A stretch of DNA of 60,862 bases, taken from the NCBI GenBank assembly GCA_964358765.1, contig CAYHPN010000002.1, positions 1 to 60,862 on the forward strand. The letters are read 5' to 3'. The position numbers were made by a program, and so were the translations under genes. Shown one piece after another: positions 18,433 through 29,614 of the stretch (positions within the stretch are counted from its first letter, which is position 1; each line of letters begins with the position of its first letter). The notes under the pieces are model-generated. The model had not been told where the DNA came from and ran no database searches. It saw only the letters and a program-made list of their open reading frames with translations. Source of the stretch: Candidatus Woesearchaeota archaeon. GTDB taxonomy: Archaea; Nanobdellota; Nanobdellia; Pacearchaeales; GW2011-AR1.

Positions 18433-20301
18433 ATGAAAACTGAAAATAAAAGGAAATTTCTTTCTTTAAATTATAATTATATAATTGTATTTCTAATCTT
18501 GATATATTTAATGGCATTTATCTCTGGACAAGTACCAGGATTAAGTAATATACAGGGATATATTATGCATAAAGATGGCACTACTCAGGCTCAAAGCAGT
18601 ACTAAAGTTAGAATAGTATCTAATTCAAGCGGGAATATAATTAATTTACTAACTTCTGGACCGCCCGGACATAGCGGATTTTATTCGACTAATATTAATC
18701 ATACAGAGGGAGAAAATTTCACAATTACTGCATTAAATTCAACTGCATATGGAATAAATATTACTACATTAATCAACTCTCCATCAACCCTTAGGTTAAA
18801 TATATCTATGAATAATACAAGGCCTGCGGAAACAGATTTGAATATTACTTCCCCCTCAAATGAGACTTCTGTTGTAAAATATGCTAATTTTAATATTAGC
18901 TTTAATGTTTCAGCAATTGGTGGACAGAATAGCTTAAATTGTAACGTAACTATTAATATTTCTAATGAGAATATTATAAATATTTCAACTATTGAAAATA
19001 AAACTAAACAATTAGGAAATATTAACTTGGGAACATCTTTAGCAGGATATTTTAATATGCAGGCAAATAACCAAGGTTCAAGTTATATAGCCTTAACAAG
19101 TGCCTGTTCAAGTGATGGATTAAATTTTGAAAACTTACAAAGTGAGTCTATTACAATCGATGTTTCAAATCAGCCTCCTCAATTACATACTATTCAAGGG
19201 TATATTTTTAATTTGAATAATGTTACTCAAGTACCTACTGGAATAAATGTAACTATAAATGCTACAGCTACGGGAAGTTCAATTTCCATATTGACTTCAG
19301 GTCCTCCAGGACACACGGGTTTTTATTCTACCACCATTTATGCTAGTGATGGAGAAGTTATTATTATTAGAGCAAATAATGGTACATACCATGGTATAAA
19401 AAATACAACTTTATTGAATTCTCCCAGCATCACAAGATTAAACTTGAGTTTAGATAGAGAGAATTTGGAACCTCCTATTGTTGATGATGTTGTTGTAGAT
19501 GATGAATTTTTATCCCCTACTGATGAAATTGATTTGACAGTTGCAGGGACAAAACTAATTAGCTGCATTGGAAATGTGAGTGATCCAAATAACTATACGG
19601 ACATTAAAAATGTAACTGCTATTCTATATGATATGAATAATGCATCTTTGACTTCGCAAGATGACAAAAACAACCATTATACAAACAATTCTTGCATTTT
19701 AACTAACTGTTCAGGAGAATCTTGCGGATTTGAATGTTCATTTGATGTTTGGTACTTTGCAAATGCAAATACCGATCTAGGATGGATATGTTATGTTACT
19801 GGAACAGATAATTCAAATACTAGCGGATTTGGAAGTGATGCAGTTTCTATAAATACTTTACTAGGAGTCGAATTTCCGGATACAATAGATTTTGGTAGTG
19901 TTGGAAACAATAAAGTTTCCAATGAAAGTTCAAATAATGTAACAAACAGAGGAAATGTAATGATAGATATAAGTCTTGATGGTTATGGAGGAACAGATGG
20001 AGATGGAAATGCAATGAATTGCAGTAATGGGAGAAATATATCTATTGGTTATGAAAAATACAACTTAACTGCGTCAAATCCAGGAGACTTAACCTTAGCC
20101 CAATTCGCAAGTTTATACAAAAATTTAACTGATAATGCTGTTAACGAAACTGAATTTAATCTTGATTTTAGAAAAAATGATACTTCTGATTTTATAGATG
20201 ATTTTAAATTAGCATACTGGAGGATATTTGTACCTGGCGGAATCGCAGTAAATACCTCTTGTTCAGGAAAAATCAATATTGGAGCAATGATTGATACATA
20301 A
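18433..20301 (+). CDS. Secreted protein with a GPPG-repeat head and module-B tail (start ATG 18433 preferred over 18307)
   Basis: ATG 18433 precedes the signal peptide and avoids an overlap with the previous gene. Two TSGPPGHxGFYS repeats are shared with 49460; the C-terminus is YWRIFVPGG..CSGKINIGA. Confidence 0.85.
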   Translation: MKTENKRKFLSLNYNYIIVFLILIYLMAFISGQVPGLSNIQGYIMHKDGTTQAQSSTKVRIVSNSSGNIINLLTSGPPGHSGFYSTNINHTEGENFTITALNSTAYGINITTLINSPSTLRLNISMNNTRPAETDLNITSPSNETSVVKYANFNISFNVSAIGGQNSLNCNVTINISNENIINISTIENKTKQLGNINLGTSLAGYFNMQANNQGSSYIALTSACSSDGLNFENLQSESITIDVSNQPPQLHTIQGYIFNLNNVTQVPTGINVTINATATGSSISILTSGPPGHTGFYSTTIYASDGEVIIIRANNGTYHGIKNTTLLNSPSITRLNLSLDRENLEPPIVDDVVVDDEFLSPTDEIDLTVAGTKLISCIGNVSDPNNYTDIKNVTAILYDMNNASLTSQDDKNNHYTNNSCILTNCSGESCGFECSFDVWYFANANTDLGWICYVTGTDNSNTSGFGSDAVSINTLLGVEFPDTIDFGSVGNNKVSNESSNNVTNRGNVMIDISLDGYGGTDGDGNAMNCSNGRNISIGYEKYNLTASNPGDLTLAQFASLYKNLTDNAVNETEFNLDFRKNDTSDFIDDFKLAYWRIFVPGGIAVNTSCSGKINIGAMIDT

Positions 20302-20315
20302 ATATTTTTATTAAA

Positions 20316-21107
20316 TCATTGAAGTTCAACAAAGAAGAAATATGGTGTTGAAGTTGTATCAGCACCATGCCCATCCTCTAGAACTATCATTTGAAAATCA
20401 TTATCTTGCTGGTTAAAACCATTTAATATACCTTCTTCAAGAATTGATGCAAATACAACTGAAGAAGTTGTTGGTTCATATAATAATACTTCTTCAAACT
20501 GATTTGCCCCTAATAATCCTGTTGCATTATTTAATTTAGTGCTTAGACATTCGGCTGAACTAAAAGATAAGGAAGCAGTTACAAATGCGTCATGACCTTC
20601 GCCTGCTGGAGTGAAAGAGAAAGTTTCATTTACTCCATCTAAGTCATCTGAAATTATATTGTAACGAGTTTCTAAAACTGTCAAGTTTGTTCCTGCAAGG
20701 TTAGTTGAGCCTGCGGAACCGACTGAACCTGTGGCATTAGCAGTGAAATTAAAACACTGTATACTGCTCCAAGTAATTGATGAATTTGTTGATGAATATA
20801 CCTCTCCTGAAGGTTCCGTTAATGTCCAGTTATATATTGCATTAGCGGAACTATCTGCTAGAGTTATTCCTCCTGTAACATTACCAAAATAACCCTGCCA
20901 GGTCTGAGTAACTGAAACTCCAGAAATCCCCAGATACGTTATATTTCCCGCATATGCTGAATTATTTCCAGAACCATCAGTAGGCGATGTTTGAGGTGTA
21001 CCAGCCGCGACCGTACCACCAGAAGGAGATAAAGAATAAGTGAATGAAGAAAAGAAAATTATAATTACTATTGAAAATAATAATATAAAACTTTTATTTA
21101 TACGCAT
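20316..21107 (-). CDS. Secreted module-A protein A3
   Basis: Signal peptide, then AGNITYLGI..TWQGYFGNVTG..DFQMIVLE..YFFFVELQ. Confidence 0.9.
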   Translation of the reverse strand: MRINKSFILLFSIVIIIFFSSFTYSLSPSGGTVAAGTPQTSPTDGSGNNSAYAGNITYLGISGVSVTQTWQGYFGNVTGGITLADSSANAIYNWTLTEPSGEVYSSTNSSITWSSIQCFNFTANATGSVGSAGSTNLAGTNLTVLETRYNIISDDLDGVNETFSFTPAGEGHDAFVTASLSFSSAECLSTKLNNATGLLGANQFEEVLLYEPTTSSVVFASILEEGILNGFNQQDNDFQMIVLEDGHGADTTSTPYFFFVELQ

Positions 21108-21108
21108 A

Positions 21109-21729
21109 CTAAATATATCCTCCCTCAGATAATTTTTGATTAGTTAGAGATTCTTGATCGTAAATTGAAATAAAATCAATTTTACTAGATTTTTTATTAT
21201 CACTTCCAATTACTGTACATTCAATTTGATTGTTCAGATCCTTAAGATAGGAACTTATCTTTAATTTTAGTGTTTTTGAGTCAGATATTATAATAACCTG
21301 GATTTTGCCAGAGTTTTTTGATTTTTCAACCAGGATAGACTTTATATCTTTTAAATCGCTTTCAAGTTTCCAATATAATTTTTCTATAAAATAATGAGAC
21401 TCTGCATTTTCTAACAACCATATTTTCAATATAGTTTTATGGTGAGAAGATAGATAAACCAATTTCTTTGCTGGATGCCCTCTAATTAAAGAAGTTATAA
21501 AAACAAATTCTTTTGAAATTTCATATAAGTTTCTTGCTTGACCCTTATCTGATTTTCCTGTTTTTGTTTTAAAAATAAATTTTGCGGCCTCAAGGAGTTT
21601 TAATTGCTGAGAAATATAAGCAACTGAAGTATTGAGTTTTTTTGAAATTTCTAAAGGAGAAGAAGGCACTGTTGTTAAAATTTCTAAAATTTTCCACCGA
21701 GGTTCGCTAAAGAAAATGTCTGCTTCCAT
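21109..21729 (-). CDS. ArsR-like winged-HTH regulator
   Basis: RWKILEIL..SPLEISKKLNTSVAYISQQLKLLEAAKFI..GQARNLY. It ends 1 nt before the A3 start. Confidence 0.85.
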   Translation of the reverse strand: MEADIFFSEPRWKILEILTTVPSSPLEISKKLNTSVAYISQQLKLLEAAKFIFKTKTGKSDKGQARNLYEISKEFVFITSLIRGHPAKKLVYLSSHHKTILKIWLLENAESHYFIEKLYWKLESDLKDIKSILVEKSKNSGKIQVIIISDSKTLKLKISSYLKDLNNQIECTVIGSDNKKSSKIDFISIYDQESLTNQKLSEGGYI

Positions 21730-21982
21730 AAATTATCTAGAAACAAGTAGTATTTAAATGTTTCGTTTATTTAACTAATAATATATTTTGATAATTTATT
21801 ATCTTTTATATATTTAAGTATTTAGTTAATTACTAATATTTATATGTTATCGACGGAATAATATAAAATTAATTGATGTTAAAGCAATCTTTTTTCTAAA
21901 TTAGATAGTTAAAAGCAATTAACCTATTTTGATAAATTTAAGTATAATTGTAATATATTCATAATTTTATTATAGAAAATTA

Positions 21983-21998
21983 ATTTCAAATATGAAAT
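21983..21998. promoter_or_regulatory. ATTTCA-N4-TGAAAT palindrome upstream of the 2510-aa gene
   Basis: Same TTTCA-N4-TGAAA core as 1793-1808 and 12067-12082, upstream of GAAAAGC-TTTTATAA (22034-22048). Confidence 0.5.
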
Positions 21999-22080
21999 AA
22001 TTTATAGCCATTATATAGTAAATTAATCGTGGAGAAAAGCTTTTATAACTAAAAATTATTCAATTTCTAGAGAGAGGATA

Positions 22081-25000
22081 ATGAATAAAAGAGGCATAAT
22101 TAGAGCAAGTATTTTTGGATTAATATTAATCCTTCTATTATTAATAGTAATACTTGTTCTCAATAGCTTAAATATCAGGGCTGAAATTGTAAAAGATAAA
22201 TATGTTGTTGGAGAAACAGTAAAAATAAATCTTGAAAATATAAAAAACTTTAAAATTAAGATATTGACTCCTTCTAAAACGATAGTGAAGGTAGGAAGTA
22301 AAGAAACCTTTGTTTTTAAGGCAAATGAAATTGGAAAATATAAATTTGTTTTAACTTATGGGGATAATCAAGAAGAATACAAATTTGATGTAATAGAAAA
22401 GGAAAATAAAACAGAATTAAGAAATCAACCAGTGGATGTAAATAAAACGGCGTATTATAGGAACAATTATGATAGAAAAAAAATGGAATTCAAAATAGAT
22501 CAAAATTCCATTGCAGGTAGTGAATTGAAATTAGTTAAAAAAAATGGAAATGATAAAGTAGAAATCCGAAAGCAGATACCCTCAACATGGAAAATTAAGG
22601 ATTCCAAGAAAATAAAATTAATTTTGGATGAGAACAACCAAGAAATAAACTTTAGCGGTAGTGATTTAAACAATGATAGTATTATCGATGAGATAAATTG
22701 GACAGTAACAAATTTAACTGGTGAACAGACATATAGTATTATAATTATTACTAATGCAGAACATCTGGATACAAACAGAACGTTTATTTCTGATATATAC
22801 GATTCAGTTAAAGAGCAGGACGGGATATGGAGCGAGAATATAGACGCAGGGGAGTATGTTAGGGTAACTTTTGAAATACCTTTGGACAATACTAGAGATA
22901 TAACAATTTGGCCAAGAGTAATAAGTGGAACTCCTAGAGTTGAAGTTTATGAAATAGGTGGGAGTGAATTAGTAGCTAGCTTTGATAATTTAAGGGAAAA
23001 TGAATATAATAAAGTATATTTAACTAATTTAATTGGAATGCTGGATACTTTTGATTTAAGGGTTGTTGGAGGAACAATTCAATTTGATCATATAATTGAT
23101 CCGTTAACTTCTAATTTTATTGATGGGGCGGCCACTGGAACAATAAGCACAAATGTCGCTGCACCCACAACTCTTACGGCATTAAGCACGGCTTTTCCTG
23201 CCGGCAACAATTTGGTGTTTGCATCCGTACAGGTGCTCAGTACTGATGGAGGAGCAGAAAATATTCCTGCTGGAGGATTAATCCTTTTAAGAAATGATGG
23301 GACGGCGCTTTCTTCTAACCAATATGCGATACAAGTTAGTACGGCAAACTTAAATAATAACTATTTCTTAATTGGTTTGGATAGTGGTGCTGGTGCCAAT
23401 GTTGGATACAATGTGACTGGATATTCCAGCGCCACTGCAGTTAATACAGAAGCAAAAATTACTGCTATTTCTGGATTGAGTTATGTAAATTTCAGCGATT
23501 CGGGTTCGGTAGCATTTTCTGCAGCAACTGAAACTGAAATTACGACTCTCCCTACAGAATTTTCTGCGGGCGGGAATGTAATAATTGCTTCCGTTCAGAT
23601 AGATAATGGTGCAGCTATCCAGCAAATTACTGCAGATAGCATAAAAATAAAGAATGGTAGTGGGGCAACACTATCTTCAAATGAATTTGAAATTAACTTT
23701 TCTTCTGCTGCCCCAACAGATAAGCAAAGTATTGTTATTCTTGCGTATGAAGAAAATGCCCCTGCAAATGCAGTATATAATGTCTCAATTATTGGTCCTC
23801 AAGCAGGCGATGCTGAAGTAAAACTCGCTGTTTTTAGACCGAGAGGTGCTCAATTTTTAGATGGGGCGAGCGTAAACCTGGGGAACGCAGTATTGACAAG
23901 CATAGGAAACATAACAAATAATTTTGCGAATAATTCAGAACTCTTAGTAATTGCAACTGGGCAGATAGATGATACCGATGCAGGTGTTGAAACTCTAGCC
24001 GCAGATACAGGATTTACTCTTCAAGAGATCCAAAACACAGTATCTGCTAACGATTTAATCATGTCTGCTTTTGCAGCAAGTCCGACTGTTGGATCAGGCA
24101 TAAGACATACTTTAATGTGGAGAAATTCTACATCAATTCAAGGAACAATTTATAATTTAACTGCGACTGCAAGCGCATTACAATTAAGGGCTGAAGCGAA
24201 AATTCTCATATTGCAATTATCTGATAAGATTGCTCCTTCGGTTACTTCCATAGTGGAATATCCTACGGATCCTGTAAATTATACTTTTGCAGGAGTATAT
24301 AATTTCAGCTCAATAATAACCGATGACGAATTAGGTACCGTGATATTTACTTTAAACGGAGTTAATTATACTACTTCAAATGTTTCTTCCACTTACAATA
24401 AATCATTTATAGGTCTAGGGGCAGGAACGTACAATTACAGTTGGTATGCAAATGATAGCGCAGGAAACATAAATAATAGTGAAAATGGAACCTATACTAT
24501 AAACAAAGCCATGCCAATGGGAAATCTGACAAACACTACTTCTTGGACTATTACATTTCCAACTTCGGTAACTGTTGGACTAGCGGAAGGAAATTTAGGC
24601 GATGGAGATGTAACTTATGTTGTGTATAGAAATAATGTTTCGGTTGGCACTGGCGAAACTATAGTGCTTGGAGGAGGAACCTACGTCTATCTTTTGAATA
24701 CGACTGGAGGAGCGAACTATACTGCAAATGTGAGCATGGATCAGGAAGTATTAACTGTTAATAGGGCGAACTCTGTACTTAATTTGACTTTAGGAGGAAT
24801 AGCAGGAAATGTCACAGTCGAAGTTGGAAGCACTGTTAATCTCACAGGATATAAATTAACTGGAGACCCTAGCGGATTAATTAGTTTGTATGTTGAAGGA
24901 AATTCAATTAACCAAGGGGCAGGCAATATTTCCAATTTGTCCACTTTTAATTTTGTTGGAATTTATAATATTACAGTCATTTATTCAGAAAGCCAGAACT

Positions 25001-28000
25001 ATTCGCAAAGTTCTTTAACTTATTATATTCTTGTAAATGACACGACTAAGCCATTATGGAGAAACCAAAATCAAAGTGGTAATGCCGTTGGACAGGGAGA
25101 AATTAATAATTTATGGGTAAACTGGACTGATAATTATGCCCTAGCAAATGTCTGGCTTGAGACAAATGAAAGCGGAAGTTGGCAGAATTACACTCCAAGA
25201 AAAGCAGGATTAACTATAAATGATTTTTCAGGTACTTCTGAAATATTTATTGACCCTGTTTCTGCCAGCGCCACTATTAGTTCCGTTGATGAAGGATTTG
25301 TAAGGCAGGGCATCAATTTAAGTTATAACTACGATTCCGCATTTGGCACAGATACCTTTCATGTAGTGGTAAATACATCTGCGATTAACATAAGCGCATA
25401 TCAAAATATTTCATATTATATCAAGGTAGATATTGCAGGATTTCACGAGACAAATTTAATAGTTATAAGTAGCGGGGCTGCATGTGATGTTACGACTCCG
25501 CAAACAATTTCTGGAACTGGTTTTACTCTTATTACAATAAATATTGCAGATATTACCGGGGGTTGTGACTTGAACAATATTGATCAATTTAGGATTAGAA
25601 TTGGTGACGATAGTGACGCTTCGACTGGAACGGGAAACATCACTTTAGATGAATTATATTTAACAAGTGATTTATTAAGGGAATCAATAATTAACTTTAG
25701 TTGGAGAAATTCATCCTTATCTGGAGGAAGTGTGAGCTGGAGAATATACATGAATGACACTTTAGGCAATTTAAATAGAACAGATATAATGACATTTAAT
25801 ATTCAAGACTTAGTATTTCCCCAATGGAGTAATAACCTAAGCACTCCTGAGTCGCCTCAAACATATAATTCAACAAGAAATTATCAGTTCAATACAACAT
25901 GGACGGACAATGTGAATATTCAAACGGTTAGAATTCAACATAATTTTACTGGAACGATGCAAAATTATTCAATGAGTGGAAGCGACGGAAACGTATATTA
26001 TTATGATTTTACAGGCATTCCTACAGGAACATATACTTGGCAGATTATTGCAAACGACACAAGTGGAAACGTTAACCAAACTGGATTTTATATATACACT
26101 GTGAACAAAGCTTCAAGCGAAGTCAATTTAACACTTGACGGAATTGACGGGAATGTTACTGTTCAAGTTGGAAATAATAATGTGAATCTTACGGCTTTTA
26201 GATTAAATGGGGAAGGAAATATTAAATTATATAATAATGGAACATTGGTTAATGAGGGGTCTCCTGCTATTTTTAATATTACTAATTTTACTCAACTGGG
26301 AGATTATAATATAACGGTAATATACGAGCAAACTCAAAATTATACTTCGAGTTTTAGAACCAATTATCTTTTTGTAAGAGATAATTTGTTCCCAAATGTT
26401 ACATTAAATTCTCCAATTAATGGACTAAATTCTTCAGTAAATTATTTAATATTTAACGCAACGGTAAGAGAGGATTATAATTTAACAAATGTAAGTTTAA
26501 TGGCAAATTTCTCTGGAAGTTTTATTATTAACCAAACAAATACTTCTGGAATTAATGGAGATTATTTATTTAATGTGACAAATATTGCAGATGGGGGATA
26601 TATATGGGCAATAATAGCATGTGATGGTTCAAACAATTGCAATCAAACGGAAAATAGAACTTTATTAATCGATAGTGTGAATCCTCTTATAGGGTACGGA
26701 ATCGGTACGGACGCGGATGGAAGTAATTTTACCAGAAATTGGGTTTATGTTAATGTGACGGTTACAGAACTAAATGAAGTTAATATAAGCTATAAATTGT
26801 TTAATAATACTGGACTTTATAATGAGAGTATTTATACAAATGGGCAAAGAACGATTAATTGGACGGGTTTGCCTAATGGAATTTATACCTATAACGTTAG
26901 TATAACTGACCACACGAATAAAATTAATTCGACTACTACAAGACGGATAACATTGGATACGATTGCGCCAAATTGGAGCGGGAATGTTACTAGCCCGGCA
27001 AATCCCGCAACTTATACGCCAGAGGGATTTTATCAATTTAATGTTAGTTGGACTGATAATGTAATTGGAATACAAACAGTGTTTATTGAACATAACTTTA
27101 CAGGGATTTTTGCAAATTATTCAATGAGCGGGAATAGTGGAGCAGTTTACTTTTATAATAGGACAAATCTAGCTGCGGGAGGGTATGCCTGGAGAATGTA
27201 TGCAAATGATACTTTAAATAATAGAAACCAAACAGATTTATTTACATATACTGTTAGTAAGTCAAATCCTTTGCTAAACTTGACTCTTGATGAGGTTGAT
27301 GGTAATAAAACAGTTGAAGTTCATACAATTGTAAATTTAACTGCATATAGATTATCTGGAGAAGGAATTATAAGTTTATACAATGATGGAGTTTTAATAA
27401 ATTCGGGTGATGGACCACTTGAGAATTTAACTTCATTTAACAACACTGGATCATACAATATCACTATTGTTTATGAAGGTACTCAGAACTATACTCAAAA
27501 CTCTAGGACTAATTATGTAATTGTCCAGGATACTGAGTTTCCTACAATAAGTCAAGAATCTCCAGTAAACTTTTATAACATTAGCAGTAGAAACGTAACT
27601 TTTAATGTTACGGCAAATGATAATTATAATATTACAAACGTTAGCATATGGGGGAATTTTTCGGGCCCATATATCATAAATCAAACAAATTCGTCAGGTA
27701 CAAATGGCAATTATAGTTTTATAATTACTAATATTGCAGATGGAAGGTATAATTGGAGTGCTCAGGTTTGCGACAGTTCAAATAATTGCAATATTACCTT
27801 AAATAGAACAATAACCATTGATGCGACGCCCCCAGTTATAAGTGCGGGAGCTATAAATGCTACAAATATATCATTGAATGGATACGTAAGGATAAATTGT
27901 ACAGTTACGGATGCTCTGATAGGATTAGATACTGTTTTAATCGGGGCTGAGAAACCAACTTTGCCACAAGAGAACTATTCAACTGGCATTCTTGCTGGAA

Positions 28001-29613
28001 ATACAAGATATAGTGACATTTTACTTAACGAGGTAGGAAATTGGACTTTTAGTTGTTTTGCAAATGATACTCTGAATAACCTTGCAGGTTATCATATTGG
28101 AAATGTATCTGTTATTCAGGCGGCTGACGCTCCGAGTGTTCCGGTTTTGCAATATCCTGCTGATGGCGCAAATTTATCATCTATTCCTCAGTTTAATTGG
28201 ACAAACTCAACTGATCCGAATGGAGATTTGATAACTTATATTTTAGAAATTGATGATGATGCGGGTTTTGGTAGCCCAGAATATTTCAATGGTTCAATTA
28301 CAGAAACAAACAATCCAACTGAAGATAATTCTGTTGTTTTACCAACAGATGGACAATATAATTGGAGAGTAAGGGCGAGTGATGGAGGGATAAATTCAAG
28401 TTTCTCCCCATCAAGAAGTTTTGTTATTGATAGAGCCCCTCCAGCCATAAATCTGTTGTACCCTGCAAATAATTCCAATGTGACAAGCAAAGAAGTAAAC
28501 TTTACATGGAATGTGTCTGATAATTTAAATTACCCCATTTATTGTAATTTGACGATAGATGGTACAGTAAATGCAAGCGATATAACCTCAAATAATGGTT
28601 TTAATACTAGCAGTATTGTTAGTGAGCTGGCAAATGGGATACATTATTGGAACATAACTTGCCGAGACTTAGTAAATATTAATACTTCAGCAACAAATCA
28701 GTTTACCGTGTATACTGTATCTAACCCAGCGCAAATAAATATTAGTTTAGATAGCAATAATGAAAGTTTAACAATTAGATGGAATAATGTTTCTACTACA
28801 ACATCTTACAATATCTATATTTCAACTAACTTTTCTGCTGGATTTTCCTCTATTCCAAATGTTACAGGAATAACAGATTTGAATTATACTGATAATAATG
28901 CAAACCAAAGCTTACTTAGATTCTATAAAGTTTCTGCTGTTTATGGGCCTGCTGAGAATTTAAGCCAGATTATTGTTGGAAAAATACAACCTGCCCAGTT
29001 GAGTGCAGGATTTAACATGATAAGCTGGCCTTTAAATTTGACCAATTATATATTAAATAATGGAACTAATAATGGTTATAACATTCCAACTAAACCAAGT
29101 AATTGCTTATTGTCATTATTTACATATAATGGATCAAAGTTTTTAGAAACTAATAACGATCAGGGTGCATGGGCTCCTTCTATAGGAGATGAGAATTTTG
29201 TTGGATTAGAGCCATTAAGAAGCTATTGGGCGGAAATTAACACTGGATGCAATATAACATTTATAGGAGAAGTACCAAGATTTAATCTTACCACTTCATT
29301 AAATAATACATTTAATATGATTGGATGGAATTCAGCTTATCATTCTAGACTTGGGGAAGAAGCTACACTTGGGAATCCCCTGAGTGTATCTCCTGTTGAT
29401 TCTTTTGATAATATATTTAGATATAATTCGTCTAAAGCTGTAAACAACCCGCAATTGTCGGGTTTCCAAGGAATGCATCATTTCTCAGGATATGGGTGGT
29501 GGCCATTTTATGGAGATGATGATTTTAACAAATTAATTTATAGTGAGGGATATTATGTGGAAATCAGTGTAGCACAATCAAATTGGACACATAATCCGAA
29601 CTTTAATAATTAA
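22081..29613 (+). CDS. Giant secreted glycoprotein G1 (2510 aa): prodomain ending in IIDP, Ig-like repeats, possible carbohydrate-binding domain, duplicated GFNMISWP-type C-terminal domain
   Basis: The N-terminal ~340 aa are homologous to the 3991-aa protein. Repeated W..YANDxxGNxN Ig units, dense NxS/T, no C-terminal TM. Confidence 0.9.
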   Translation: MNKRGIIRASIFGLILILLLLIVILVLNSLNIRAEIVKDKYVVGETVKINLENIKNFKIKILTPSKTIVKVGSKETFVFKANEIGKYKFVLTYGDNQEEYKFDVIEKENKTELRNQPVDVNKTAYYRNNYDRKKMEFKIDQNSIAGSELKLVKKNGNDKVEIRKQIPSTWKIKDSKKIKLILDENNQEINFSGSDLNNDSIIDEINWTVTNLTGEQTYSIIIITNAEHLDTNRTFISDIYDSVKEQDGIWSENIDAGEYVRVTFEIPLDNTRDITIWPRVISGTPRVEVYEIGGSELVASFDNLRENEYNKVYLTNLIGMLDTFDLRVVGGTIQFDHIIDPLTSNFIDGAATGTISTNVAAPTTLTALSTAFPAGNNLVFASVQVLSTDGGAENIPAGGLILLRNDGTALSSNQYAIQVSTANLNNNYFLIGLDSGAGANVGYNVTGYSSATAVNTEAKITAISGLSYVNFSDSGSVAFSAATETEITTLPTEFSAGGNVIIASVQIDNGAAIQQITADSIKIKNGSGATLSSNEFEINFSSAAPTDKQSIVILAYEENAPANAVYNVSIIGPQAGDAEVKLAVFRPRGAQFLDGASVNLGNAVLTSIGNITNNFANNSELLVIATGQIDDTDAGVETLAADTGFTLQEIQNTVSANDLIMSAFAASPTVGSGIRHTLMWRNSTSIQGTIYNLTATASALQLRAEAKILILQLSDKIAPSVTSIVEYPTDPVNYTFAGVYNFSSIITDDELGTVIFTLNGVNYTTSNVSSTYNKSFIGLGAGTYNYSWYANDSAGNINNSENGTYTINKAMPMGNLTNTTSWTITFPTSVTVGLAEGNLGDGDVTYVVYRNNVSVGTGETIVLGGGTYVYLLNTTGGANYTANVSMDQEVLTVNRANSVLNLTLGGIAGNVTVEVGSTVNLTGYKLTGDPSGLISLYVEGNSINQGAGNISNLSTFNFVGIYNITVIYSESQNYSQSSLTYYILVNDTTKPLWRNQNQSGNAVGQGEINNLWVNWTDNYALANVWLETNESGSWQNYTPRKAGLTINDFSGTSEIFIDPVSASATISSVDEGFVRQGINLSYNYDSAFGTDTFHVVVNTSAINISAYQNISYYIKVDIAGFHETNLIVISSGAACDVTTPQTISGTGFTLITINIADITGGCDLNNIDQFRIRIGDDSDASTGTGNITLDELYLTSDLLRESIINFSWRNSSLSGGSVSWRIYMNDTLGNLNRTDIMTFNIQDLVFPQWSNNLSTPESPQTYNSTRNYQFNTTWTDNVNIQTVRIQHNFTGTMQNYSMSGSDGNVYYYDFTGIPTGTYTWQIIANDTSGNVNQTGFYIYTVNKASSEVNLTLDGIDGNVTVQVGNNNVNLTAFRLNGEGNIKLYNNGTLVNEGSPAIFNITNFTQLGDYNITVIYEQTQNYTSSFRTNYLFVRDNLFPNVTLNSPINGLNSSVNYLIFNATVREDYNLTNVSLMANFSGSFIINQTNTSGINGDYLFNVTNIADGGYIWAIIACDGSNNCNQTENRTLLIDSVNPLIGYGIGTDADGSNFTRNWVYVNVTVTELNEVNISYKLFNNTGLYNESIYTNGQRTINWTGLPNGIYTYNVSITDHTNKINSTTTRRITLDTIAPNWSGNVTSPANPATYTPEGFYQFNVSWTDNVIGIQTVFIEHNFTGIFANYSMSGNSGAVYFYNRTNLAAGGYAWRMYANDTLNNRNQTDLFTYTVSKSNPLLNLTLDEVDGNKTVEVHTIVNLTAYRLSGEGIISLYNDGVLINSGDGPLENLTSFNNTGSYNITIVYEGTQNYTQNSRTNYVIVQDTEFPTISQESPVNFYNISSRNVTFNVTANDNYNITNVSIWGNFSGPYIINQTNSSGTNGNYSFIITNIADGRYNWSAQVCDSSNNCNITLNRTITIDATPPVISAGAINATNISLNGYVRINCTVTDALIGLDTVLIGAEKPTLPQENYSTGILAGNTRYSDILLNEVGNWTFSCFANDTLNNLAGYHIGNVSVIQAADAPSVPVLQYPADGANLSSIPQFNWTNSTDPNGDLITYILEIDDDAGFGSPEYFNGSITETNNPTEDNSVVLPTDGQYNWRVRASDGGINSSFSPSRSFVIDRAPPAINLLYPANNSNVTSKEVNFTWNVSDNLNYPIYCNLTIDGTVNASDITSNNGFNTSSIVSELANGIHYWNITCRDLVNINTSATNQFTVYTVSNPAQINISLDSNNESLTIRWNNVSTTTSYNIYISTNFSAGFSSIPNVTGITDLNYTDNNANQSLLRFYKVSAVYGPAENLSQIIVGKIQPAQLSAGFNMISWPLNLTNYILNNGTNNGYNIPTKPSNCLLSLFTYNGSKFLETNNDQGAWAPSIGDENFVGLEPLRSYWAEINTGCNITFIGEVPRFNLTTSLNNTFNMIGWNSAYHSRLGEEATLGNPLSVSPVDSFDNIFRYNSSKAVNNPQLSGFQGMHHFSGYGWWPFYGDDDFNKLIYSEGYYVEISVAQSNWTHNPNFNN

Positions 29614-29614
29614 A

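Noticed and set aside
1177-20641. Diversity-generating retroelement TR/VR pair among module-A repeats
   Set aside because: No reverse transcriptase in the window, all copies lie inside intact ORFs, and mismatches are not adenine-specific.
22081-22170. KRG-type N-termini (G1, G2, 5299..7443) as class III prepilin signals implying type IV pili
   Set aside because: No PilB/PilC/prepilin peptidase genes in the window, and the hydrophobic segments are followed by plausible signal peptidase I sites. It cannot be fully excluded.
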